A stretch of 61,242 nt of DNA from Promethearchaeota archaeon (GTDB lineage Archaea > Asgardarchaeota > Lokiarchaeia > Sigyniarchaeales > SOKP01). Position numbers and translations under genes: made by a program. Positions 43,145-51,375 of the stretch are shown here, piece by piece (positions within the stretch are counted from its first letter, which is position 1; each line of letters opens with the position of its first letter). The notes under the pieces are model-generated. The model was not told the DNA's origin and searched no databases. It was given only the letters and a program-made list of their open reading frames with translations. The DNA is taken from positions 1 through 61,242 of the forward strand of contig JAHLWP010000024.1 of NCBI GenBank assembly GCA_019057865.1, given 5' to 3'.

Positions 43145-46069
43145 ATGATTAAAAATCCCTCTGAGACCAAATCTGATTTGACTTGTGAAGAATGTGGTGA
43201 ACCTATAAAACAAAATCAAACTGGCAATAAGCCTATATATTGTGAATTTTGCGGTGCTCTAAATAATACTGTATATACGCAAAAACAAGAAACTCTTGTT
43301 AAAAGGAGAAGACAAGGACCAAAATCCCAACTAGAACAGAAGGAAATAAGATTTTCTTATACTACTGAAGAATTACGACAAGAAATTAGAAATCTTACCT
43401 ATCAGAAAATTTATGAATTAGTGAAAACAACTTTTTCAGTCATGAGACAACTAAAGCACCAAGAAGATCTTAAACAATCGCAGATATTGAAACTTGCTAA
43501 AAAACTACGAAAGGCATTATTATCTCTTTCTCTTCCTTCCGATAGTGCTGAATTATTGACCAAAACCTCAAAGAAAAAGATTGAAAATTATTTTGAGAAA
43601 TTCCAGTCAGGCTTAAAAAAGAAAAAAAAATCTCAATCCAATTATATGCCTTATTTTATAAAAAATATCAAATTTGTTTTTAGATTAATCAATGGAGATT
43701 ATGAATTCTCAAATCTCACCAAATATAATCAAAAAGCGGTGAAAAAATTAAAAGAAAAATATGGGTTTAAAATCAATGCTAAAACTAAAAACTCATTCTC
43801 CTACTCTTTATCAATACTAATATGTAGAAAAATATATAGAATTATCACGGCTCTGGGGCATGTCTTAGATTTAAAGCACAGTAAAAATGAATTAACTAAA
43901 CAATATAAATTAAGCATTGCTAAAGATATAACAGCGTTAGCTTTAAATAATTATTTCAAGAGAAATTTCTCTAAATCATATAGAAAACTAAAAAAGGATC
44001 TCGAAATCGATTGGGTTTATCGTGAAAGCTTTATTGACCATGTCTGCTCATTAATAAAACTAGTCTATAAATTAACATATAATAAAGGTTATTCCTCTAA
44101 ACTTAGAGGATTTCAAAAATTAATTGCTGAAGAATTAAAAGTAAGTGCACTTTTTGAAAATGATACTAATTATTCACCTTATTTGAGGCTTAATTTAACT
44201 TTGATTCTAAGTAGAATTATTCACTGTGTTCTTGATTTATCCCTAAATTTAACTCCCCTACAATCTGATCCCAGAAAATTGAATCCCACTGAAAACCTAA
44301 GATTAGCAAGTGAGATTATAAATGAAATTTTAGGAGAAAAAAAAATTAAACCGGAATTTTTAAAGAAGTTTTATAACCTCTCTCTAGAAGAATTTCAAAA
44401 GGAATATGAAAAATTACAAGTTAAATTAAATTCTGATATGCTCTATAAAGAAAACTTTCTATCATTTCTACAAAACCTCTTAAATACTGTTTATAAAATT
44501 ACTCACACCAGAAGTAAAAAATCGAACCATTCGAAGATAGAATTAGCAATCATTCAAGATCTCGCAAACTATAACTTTAATTGGGAATCACTCAAAAAAG
44601 AAAAATCACGTTTCTACTCAGAGGAAAAAGATAAGAAGTTTTTAAATAAGAATATTACTCCTGTAAGATCTCCTAAAACTAGTGATATATCAGAGATTTT
44701 GTCTTATTCTACTCTTGACTTAATTGAAGGTTTAAGGGAAGAAATTCAAATTCATTCGGAAGAATTGGCTGAATTTTTCCCAGATAGAGTTAGTAGATAC
44801 TCTGATAGACATCTTTCACGATTTTGGCGTGGTAATAATTATCAGTATATTTCAAAGGTTAAAAATAGGATATTGAATCCGAATAATAAGAATTATCAGC
44901 TTAATTTTGAATTTCCAGATTCAAGTTTAAAACTTCTAGAGGATAATTTAGAAGAAAGACTTGGTGCAAAAGCGATGGGATGTCTTTATATAATTGGAAA
45001 GTACAAAGATCCAAATTCAGGTATTTCTACTCTTGAGTTTATTGAAATGTTAAAGAAAGAGTTAGGAAGGGTTAGTGGTGAGGTTTCGCTAACAAATGAA
45101 GAAATGAGCTTAATATTGAGTGGATCAAAGGATTATATCCATCGCACGTTGGATACCATGTCAAATTCGCGATCTAAGCGGTGGTATAATCCTGACTATA
45201 AATTTCCACTTGAAAGGTTAGAGCATTTTGAACAAGCAATTCGTGAATTATTAGGTTATAAAGCCCAAAAATGTTTAGACTTAATGAACACATACAAAGC
45301 ATTTAATCCAGATTTGAATTATTGGCATCCTAAAGATTATTCTATTAAAAATCCTACATTTTTTGATGAAATAGATTCTCCTGTAAAGGCATATTGGTAT
45401 GGTTTCCTCTGTGCTGATGGATGGATGTATCACAATAGACCAAGAATTGGTTTAGAACAAGCCATTAAAGACAGAGATAGCGTGGTTAAGTTCACTGAGG
45501 TTCTGGGACTAGATATATCTCGAATTGAGGAAAGAACCGGTTTCTTTCGGTATAAAGGAAAAATTAAGACCTTTGAGTCCGCAAGAATTACTTTTTCATC
45601 TAAAAAAATAGCAGATATTCTTAAGGACTATGGATTCTCCGATTTAAAATCTGGGAGTGTTGGACTTCCTAATTTTGTAAAATCGTTGATTAGTCAAGCT
45701 AAGCAAGAGGCTTTACAGAAGGGAGTCCATTGGTCAAGCACCCATTCGGGCAAGGTAGCTTTCGGTTGGCTTCTTGGTTTTTATGATGGTGATGGTACAT
45801 ATATAGGTGTTAGACAAGCTAGGATTTCTTCTACTAACAAAAAGCTTTTAGATGATATTAAGACACATTTTGGAGTTCAGAATTTAGTTTATATTAGTAA
45901 ATCTTTAGATGAATCTTTAGTTGAAGGTCATTGGAGATCTACCAAGACTTTATATTCTTTGAATTTAGGTCCTGATGTCTTTATTTCTATGATTAATAGT
46001 TATGAGGGTAGTATGGTTAGAAAAAGACCAAGTAACCCAACTATAAATTATTTAGGAGATTACGAGTAA
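43145..46069 (+). CDS. large protein: N-terminal zinc ribbon, helical region, C-terminal double-motif LAGLIDADG domain
   Basis: CEECG...CEFCG; AYWYGFLCADG and WLLGFYDGDG. Confidence 0.85.
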   Translation: MIKNPSETKSDLTCEECGEPIKQNQTGNKPIYCEFCGALNNTVYTQKQETLVKRRRQGPKSQLEQKEIRFSYTTEELRQEIRNLTYQKIYELVKTTFSVMRQLKHQEDLKQSQILKLAKKLRKALLSLSLPSDSAELLTKTSKKKIENYFEKFQSGLKKKKKSQSNYMPYFIKNIKFVFRLINGDYEFSNLTKYNQKAVKKLKEKYGFKINAKTKNSFSYSLSILICRKIYRIITALGHVLDLKHSKNELTKQYKLSIAKDITALALNNYFKRNFSKSYRKLKKDLEIDWVYRESFIDHVCSLIKLVYKLTYNKGYSSKLRGFQKLIAEELKVSALFENDTNYSPYLRLNLTLILSRIIHCVLDLSLNLTPLQSDPRKLNPTENLRLASEIINEILGEKKIKPEFLKKFYNLSLEEFQKEYEKLQVKLNSDMLYKENFLSFLQNLLNTVYKITHTRSKKSNHSKIELAIIQDLANYNFNWESLKKEKSRFYSEEKDKKFLNKNITPVRSPKTSDISEILSYSTLDLIEGLREEIQIHSEELAEFFPDRVSRYSDRHLSRFWRGNNYQYISKVKNRILNPNNKNYQLNFEFPDSSLKLLEDNLEERLGAKAMGCLYIIGKYKDPNSGISTLEFIEMLKKELGRVSGEVSLTNEEMSLILSGSKDYIHRTLDTMSNSRSKRWYNPDYKFPLERLEHFEQAIRELLGYKAQKCLDLMNTYKAFNPDLNYWHPKDYSIKNPTFFDEIDSPVKAYWYGFLCADGWMYHNRPRIGLEQAIKDRDSVVKFTEVLGLDISRIEERTGFFRYKGKIKTFESARITFSSKKIADILKDYGFSDLKSGSVGLPNFVKSLISQAKQEALQKGVHWSSTHSGKVAFGWLLGFYDGDGTYIGVRQARISSTNKKLLDDIKTHFGVQNLVYISKSLDESLVEGHWRSTKTLYSLNLGPDVFISMINSYEGSMVRKRPSNPTINYLGDYE

Positions 46070-46231
46070 TAACTAATTTTATGAATATTTTTTTATTTTA
46101 ATCTTTTTTTTAGTGTAAAAAACTAAAGTTTTTTGGAAAAGATATTTTTATATAAAATAAGTTTTTTACTACTATTATTAAGATTGTGTTTAAAGTGATG
46201 ATTGTATATTATGAATTGTTTAGCAATAGAG

Positions 46232-46239
46232 CGAGGAGG
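46232..46239 (+). promoter_or_regulatory. Shine-Dalgarno site of the MglA-like GTPase gene
   Basis: GAGGAGGT about 10 nt before the GTG start at 46250. Confidence 0.7.
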
Positions 46240-46249
46240 TTGGTAAAAA

Positions 46250-46888
46250 GTGCCCTCACGTAGAGGAGATGGGACTCTCGTCTTCAAAATTTGCTTTTAC
46301 GGACCTTCACTCGGAGGAAAGACAACCGCATTGGAATGGGTCTATAACAAGGAAGGACTTGCCAGTGGTGACATGCAACAGATACAAGATCCTACTGGTA
46401 GGACACTCTTCTTTGATAGAGTTGTCGCCCGTGTTTCAAATGTAGTCTTTCAAGTATATACGGTTGCAGGTCAAAGAAGGCATAAATTTCAACGCCAGAC
46501 TGTTCTAAAAGGGACCGATGCTTGTATATTTACATGGGATTCCCTTATCGATCAATGTGCATGATTCGATTTCCGAACGCACGATTATTGGCAAGAGAAT
46601 GTCTGGTCTTTAAAGGAATTAATGAAATTCTATGGAGATAGACTAATTCCAACTGCCCCTGCTGAACCTCCAGCTGTCCCGCTTGTTGTATTGGCTAATA
46701 AACGTGATTTAGAGGATATTATTGAGGTATCTAAAATACGTCAAGTATTTGATACGGCTAAATTAAATCATACACTTATTTATGAAACAATTGCCATAAC
46801 AGGAGTAAATGTAAAAAGAGCTTTTGTATATGCAGCTCGACAAGCAGTACTTAATCACTACAAGAAGTTATCAGGTAAGTCAATGTAA
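46250..46888 (+). CDS. MglA/Arf-like small GTPase, join(46250..46555,46589..46888), 201 aa after removal of a 33-nt intron
   Basis: G1 YGPSLGGKTT, RTLFFD, YTVAGQ, G4 NKRD; the two called ORFs are in the same frame, separated by a single TGA that lies inside the insert. Confidence 0.88.
46556..46588 (+). other. candidate bulge-helix-bulge (BHB) intron in a protein-coding gene
   Basis: 4-bp helix GAUC(46550-53)/GAUU(46583-86); 3-nt bulges AAU(46554-56) and AUU(46587-89); intron stem GUGC/GCAC; exon stem 46539-49/46590-600. Cuts after bulge nt 2 remove 33 nt including the in-frame UGA. Confidence 0.82.
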
Positions 46889-46937
46889 GCTGCTTAAAGA
46901 TTACTAACTTATTTTTAAATTACTTGTTATTAGATTT

Positions 46938-47468
46938 TTATAAATAGATAATTTCAAAATTTACATTTTCTTTTGAGATTTTAAGAAATCCGTATGAATT
47001 TATATCAGTAAATTTCTTATCAGTGGGAGTTCCAGGGCTTATGTATAATTTTCCATCCCTCCACTTTTCATTATATGGATGGTGAACATGCCCAAAAATA
47101 ATAATATCGTATTTAGATAAGTCAAAATACTTATTTAACCGTTCAATAATCATGTCTGGTCCTCCCGTTCCATGAGTCATAAAAATTTTATGACTATATA
47201 AATCAAATTCAATTTTTTCAGGTAAAATCTTTATCAATTTATAATCATCCATATTCCCTCGAATTCCTATAACCTTATCTTTTCCAAAAGTCTCTAATAG
47301 ATCATTATAAACTTTATATTTAGTATAATCTCCTAAATGAAAAAGATAGTCAATATTTCTTTTTTTAAAATCATTGATTATATTTTTAGGAATTTCAGGA
47401 CCTCTTGATGGGATATGAGTATCCCCAATTAGTCCAATAAGTAGCTCATCTTTTTCTGTTTTAATCAT
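46938..47468 (-). CDS. YfcE/Vps29-like metallophosphoesterase
   Basis: GDTHIP, HLGD, RGNMD, THG, FGHVH, SPGT. Confidence 0.92.
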   Translation of the reverse strand: MIKTEKDELLIGLIGDTHIPSRGPEIPKNIINDFKKRNIDYLFHLGDYTKYKVYNDLLETFGKDKVIGIRGNMDDYKLIKILPEKIEFDLYSHKIFMTHGTGGPDMIIERLNKYFDLSKYDIIIFGHVHHPYNEKWRDGKLYISPGTPTDKKFTDINSYGFLKISKENVNFEIIYL

Positions 47469-47510
47469 AGTTAGAACTTAAAGGCTTTAATCTAATTTAC
47501 AGAATCTGAT

Positions 47511-48443
47511 CTATTCTTCTTCTTTATTTTTTTCAACTTCTTTTATTCTAATTTTTATCACTCTGAGAGCGAAATTAATTACGTCATCCATATTACTCCA
47601 TCTGCCTTCATCAAGCATTTCTTTAATCCAGTAATAGAGATCTTGTTCTATTGGAATAGTCATATAAATTGGTTTATATGTCTGTTCCTCTGTAGACTGT
47701 GCTTTATTTAATAACCAAGAAATCATATTTGAGACTAATTTAAAATTATCTGCTGCATTGATACCATAGGATTGCTGTAAACTTGAAAATAAAGATAAAT
47801 TACCTAAAGCTAGAACTTTTCCTAATCCAAAATGCGTGATACCAATCACAGGAACTTTATGGACTGGTTCCTCAACCCAATCATTATCATCAAAATATTT
47901 ATGCCGTGACGATTCCTCAGAAGAAAATGCTATTGCTTTAACATCAATTTTCTCGTTCTCAATAGATTTATCTATATTTAAAGTACAACCGCTTGAATGA
48001 ATTATTTCTGTTATTTCTTTTGTAATAAAATGTTTTTTAAAATCTTTAATAATTGGATGTGAACTTTTTTTTGAAAAATTTTTATCATCAAATAACCTAT
48101 CAGAGTTAAAGGTTATGCCAAAATGCTTAGAAAGTTCTGATAAGTTATTCTTATTATCATAATCGCCACCTTTATCGTTTAATAATAAAAGACTTCCACC
48201 ATCGTTAACATATTTAACTAATACTTCAATCTCATCAGGATTAAGATTAGAATCTGTAGTAGGAACACCAATAATGAAGATATTATATTTATTCAATTTT
48301 TCATAGCTAATTCCGGCTTCAATTTTTCCAAGTTTAAAGTCAGAATTAAATAAGTATTGGATAAAATCAGTAAATGTTTCATTTTCAATAACTAATTTAT
48401 TATTATGGGAATAATCAAATCCAATCGCTTTTTCATTCAACAT
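47511..48443 (-). CDS. GIFT (GldG/IFT52-like, DUF4350-like) domain protein with C-terminal RHH-like tail
   Basis: FDYSHN, EIEVLVKYVNDGGSLLL, FGITFN.D, GKVLALG, DNFKL..N.ISWL; tail ..DDVINFALR. Confidence 0.7.
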   Translation of the reverse strand: MLNEKAIGFDYSHNNKLVIENETFTDFIQYLFNSDFKLGKIEAGISYEKLNKYNIFIIGVPTTDSNLNPDEIEVLVKYVNDGGSLLLLNDKGGDYDNKNNLSELSKHFGITFNSDRLFDDKNFSKKSSHPIIKDFKKHFITKEITEIIHSSGCTLNIDKSIENEKIDVKAIAFSSEESSRHKYFDDNDWVEEPVHKVPVIGITHFGLGKVLALGNLSLFSSLQQSYGINAADNFKLVSNMISWLLNKAQSTEEQTYKPIYMTIPIEQDLYYWIKEMLDEGRWSNMDDVINFALRVIKIRIKEVEKNKEEE

Positions 48444-48520
48444 ATTATATATTTCTCCGTAAATTCTTATTTAATTTTGTATTAATTTGATATTATCATA
48501 AACAAAAAAATATATAAATT

Positions 48521-48874
48521 ATGCTAAAAAAAAATTATCGAGATGTTCAAGCTAAACCTGCAACCTTAATGGATGGCACCCCAGTAGAAAATGTCTTTGT
48601 AAGATGGCTAATAGATGAGCAAACAGGAGCTAAGAATTTTGCTATGAGGCATTTTGAAATCAAACCCGGCACAAAAGTTTCTTTGCATAATCATCTAGAA
48701 GAGCACGAAATTTATATTTTATCTGGGACCGGGAAATTTTATAATGTTAAAGGGCAAGAAGAAATAGCAAGTACGGGAGATTTTTTATATATTCCCCCTA
48801 ATGAAAAGCATGGGATAGACAATATAGGAGAAGATAATCTAATTTTTCTCTGTCTTATTCCAAATCTTAAATAA
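48521..48874 (+). CDS. cupin domain protein
   Basis: HNHLEEHEIYILSG...GDFLYIPPNEKH. Confidence 0.92.
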   Translation: MLKKNYRDVQAKPATLMDGTPVENVFVRWLIDEQTGAKNFAMRHFEIKPGTKVSLHNHLEEHEIYILSGTGKFYNVKGQEEIASTGDFLYIPPNEKHGIDNIGEDNLIFLCLIPNLK

Positions 48875-48888
48875 TAAGTTCAAGAATC

Positions 48889-51327
48889 TTAAGTTTCTTG
48901 TTCACATTTCCCAATTGCTACTACGAAATCATTTTCATAAAGTTTGATAACTCTAACACCCTTAGCTTTTCTGTGAGTAATTCGAATTGAATCAACAGGT
49001 ACCCTTATCATTTGTCCTTGTTCTGTTCCAATTAATAAATCCATATGTTTAGCAAATTTGATAGCAATAACTTCATCATTTTTTGCTTTATTCAAAGTGA
49101 TGTTCTTGACCCCCTTAGCTCCTCTACCAGTCTTACGATATTCTTTAACATATGTTCTTTGACCATAAGCATTTTGAGTGAGTGTTAATATTATCTTATC
49201 GTCAGTAACAAGAAGGCAATCAATAACCTCATCATTTTCTCTTAATTCTGCTCCTTTTACACCCATTGAAGTACGCCCTAATTCTCTTAATTCTGACTCA
49301 TCAAATCTAACCGCATAACCTAATTTAGTGGCTATAAAAATATCCTGGAGTTCATTGGAAAGTCTTTTAACACTTATTAATGCATCATCTGGCCTAATCC
49401 TTTGAGCTCTTACTCCAGTGCTCTTAAATTTTGAGAATAGTTTTAAGGGGGTTTTTTTAATAATACCTTTCTTTGTAGTCATAATAAGCATTTCATTAGT
49501 ATTGAAGTTATTAATTGGTATCATAGCTGATATATTTTCTCCTGTTTGTAAAGCTATAAAATTAATAATTGGTTTTCCTCGAGCAGTTCGTTTTTGTAGT
49601 GGAATACTAAAACATCTAATCGAATACACCCTCCCTTTCGAAGTAAATATTAAAATTGTATCATGAGTTGTACAAACAAATAAATCTGTAATAAAATCTT
49701 CTTCACGTACTGTCATACCTTTTTTTCCTCTACCACCACGTCTTTGAGCTTGATATTCCTGTAAAGAGATTCTTTTGATATATTGATTTTTAGTAAAAAT
49801 TACAATAGTAGTTTCTTTTTTGATTAAATCTATTTTTTCAATTTCTTTTATTTCATGATACTCCACCATTTTAATTTCAGTCCTTCTTTCATCTCCGTAC
49901 TTTTTGTTTAATTCGGTTAAATCGTTTTTAATTATATCTAAACGAACCTGTTTTTCTTTCAGAGTTTTATTATAATCTTCAATACTAGTATGTAACGATT
50001 TTTGTTCATCTACTAACTTTTGTTGCTCTAAATTGGTTAATCGAGATAGAGGCATACTTAAAATAGATTGAACTTGAATATCACTTAATTTATAAGTTAC
50101 TTTTAACTTATTTTTAGCTTCTTTAGTGTCTTTCGAACTTTTGATTATATTCACTACATTATCAATATCATTTAACGCAATTAAAAGACCTTCAACTCTA
50201 TGAAGTCGATCTTTTGCCTTTTTTAGGAGATATTCGGTTCTTTTTTGAATGATAACTAATCGATGTTCAATATATTCATTAATAATTTCTTTTAGATTGA
50301 GAATTTTTGGTTGCTTACCATCATTAACCAGAACTAGATTAGTTATATTAAATGTCGTTAGAAGTCTAGTCCTCTTAAAGAGAATATTTTTTATTATAAC
50401 AGGTTGAGCTTTTTTAGATAAATCTAATACAATGCGCATTCCTTTTCTATCTGATTCATCACGCAAATCTCTAATATCCTTAATTACTCTATCTTTTATT
50501 AAATTAGCGATAGATTCAATTAAAGTTGTTTTATTAACTAAATAGGGAATTTCAGTAATGATTAAACTATTTTTATTTCCTTTTGTTTCAGTTTCAATCT
50601 TACCACTAATATTAATAGTTCCATTCCCCGTATGATATGCATTGTAGATTCCATTTGTGTCAGTAATAATTCCTCCTGTTGGAAAATCAGGACCTTTTAT
50701 GATTTCCATTAATTCTTCTATGGAAATTTCAGAATCTTCTATAGTTGCGACAATCGCATTACAAACTTCTGTTAAATTATGTGGGGCCATGGATGTTGCC
50801 ATTCCCACAGCAATCCCTTTAGTACCATTTAATAAAATATTTGGTAGTTTTGCTGGTAAATACAGTGGTTCAGAGGTACTATTATCAAAATTCGGTTGAA
50901 ACTCTACAGTCTCTTTATCAATATCTTCAACTAACTCATTTGAAATTTGAGATAATCTTGCTTCAGTATATCTATAGGCTGCTGGAGGATCTCCATCTAT
51001 AGATCCGAAATTTCCCTGTGGATGGATTAAAGGATATCTTAATGAGAAATCTTGTCCCATTCTAACAAGTGCATTATAAACAGACATATCACCGTGAGGA
51101 TGATAGTTACCGAGAGTTTCACCTACAATTTTGGCACATTTAACATGAGAACTTGTATAATACCAATTATTTGCTGCCATAGCATATATGATCCTTCGAT
51201 GTACAGGTTTCAAACCATCCCTAACATCCGGGATTGCACGCCCAACGACCACAGACATAGCATAGTCGATGTAGCTGCTTTGCATTTCATCTTTTAATAA
51301 AATCTCTTCTATTTGTTCTGAAGTCAA
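48889..51327 (-). CDS. gyrA: DNA gyrase subunit A
   Basis: RAIPDVRDGLKPVHRR, YHPHGD, AAYRYTEARL, GyrA-box QRRGGRG. Confidence 0.97.
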   Translation of the reverse strand: MTSEQIEEILLKDEMQSSYIDYAMSVVVGRAIPDVRDGLKPVHRRIIYAMAANNWYYTSSHVKCAKIVGETLGNYHPHGDMSVYNALVRMGQDFSLRYPLIHPQGNFGSIDGDPPAAYRYTEARLSQISNELVEDIDKETVEFQPNFDNSTSEPLYLPAKLPNILLNGTKGIAVGMATSMAPHNLTEVCNAIVATIEDSEISIEELMEIIKGPDFPTGGIITDTNGIYNAYHTGNGTINISGKIETETKGNKNSLIITEIPYLVNKTTLIESIANLIKDRVIKDIRDLRDESDRKGMRIVLDLSKKAQPVIIKNILFKRTRLLTTFNITNLVLVNDGKQPKILNLKEIINEYIEHRLVIIQKRTEYLLKKAKDRLHRVEGLLIALNDIDNVVNIIKSSKDTKEAKNKLKVTYKLSDIQVQSILSMPLSRLTNLEQQKLVDEQKSLHTSIEDYNKTLKEKQVRLDIIKNDLTELNKKYGDERRTEIKMVEYHEIKEIEKIDLIKKETTIVIFTKNQYIKRISLQEYQAQRRGGRGKKGMTVREEDFITDLFVCTTHDTILIFTSKGRVYSIRCFSIPLQKRTARGKPIINFIALQTGENISAMIPINNFNTNEMLIMTTKKGIIKKTPLKLFSKFKSTGVRAQRIRPDDALISVKRLSNELQDIFIATKLGYAVRFDESELRELGRTSMGVKGAELRENDEVIDCLLVTDDKIILTLTQNAYGQRTYVKEYRKTGRGAKGVKNITLNKAKNDEVIAIKFAKHMDLLIGTEQGQMIRVPVDSIRITHRKAKGVRVIKLYENDFVVAIGKCEQET

Positions 51328-51375
51328 TTATGACACCATTTCTATTTCAAATTATTATAATTTAGTAGGTAAGAA

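Noticed and set aside
43145-46069. Intein-containing host protein
   Set aside because: The LAGLIDADG domain runs to the C-terminus with no Hint block or C-extein visible.
46562-46564. Selenocysteine readthrough of the in-frame TGA in the GTPase
   Set aside because: Lokiarchaeia do use Sec, but readthrough would leave an 11-aa insertion relative to MglA spacing, and I saw no SECIS in the short 3' flank. The BHB model explains stop, length and boundaries together.
46557-46589. Spliceosomal-type intron (an equivalent register starts with GT)
   Set aside because: Ends in TT, not AG; archaea have no spliceosome; the BHB register fits exactly.
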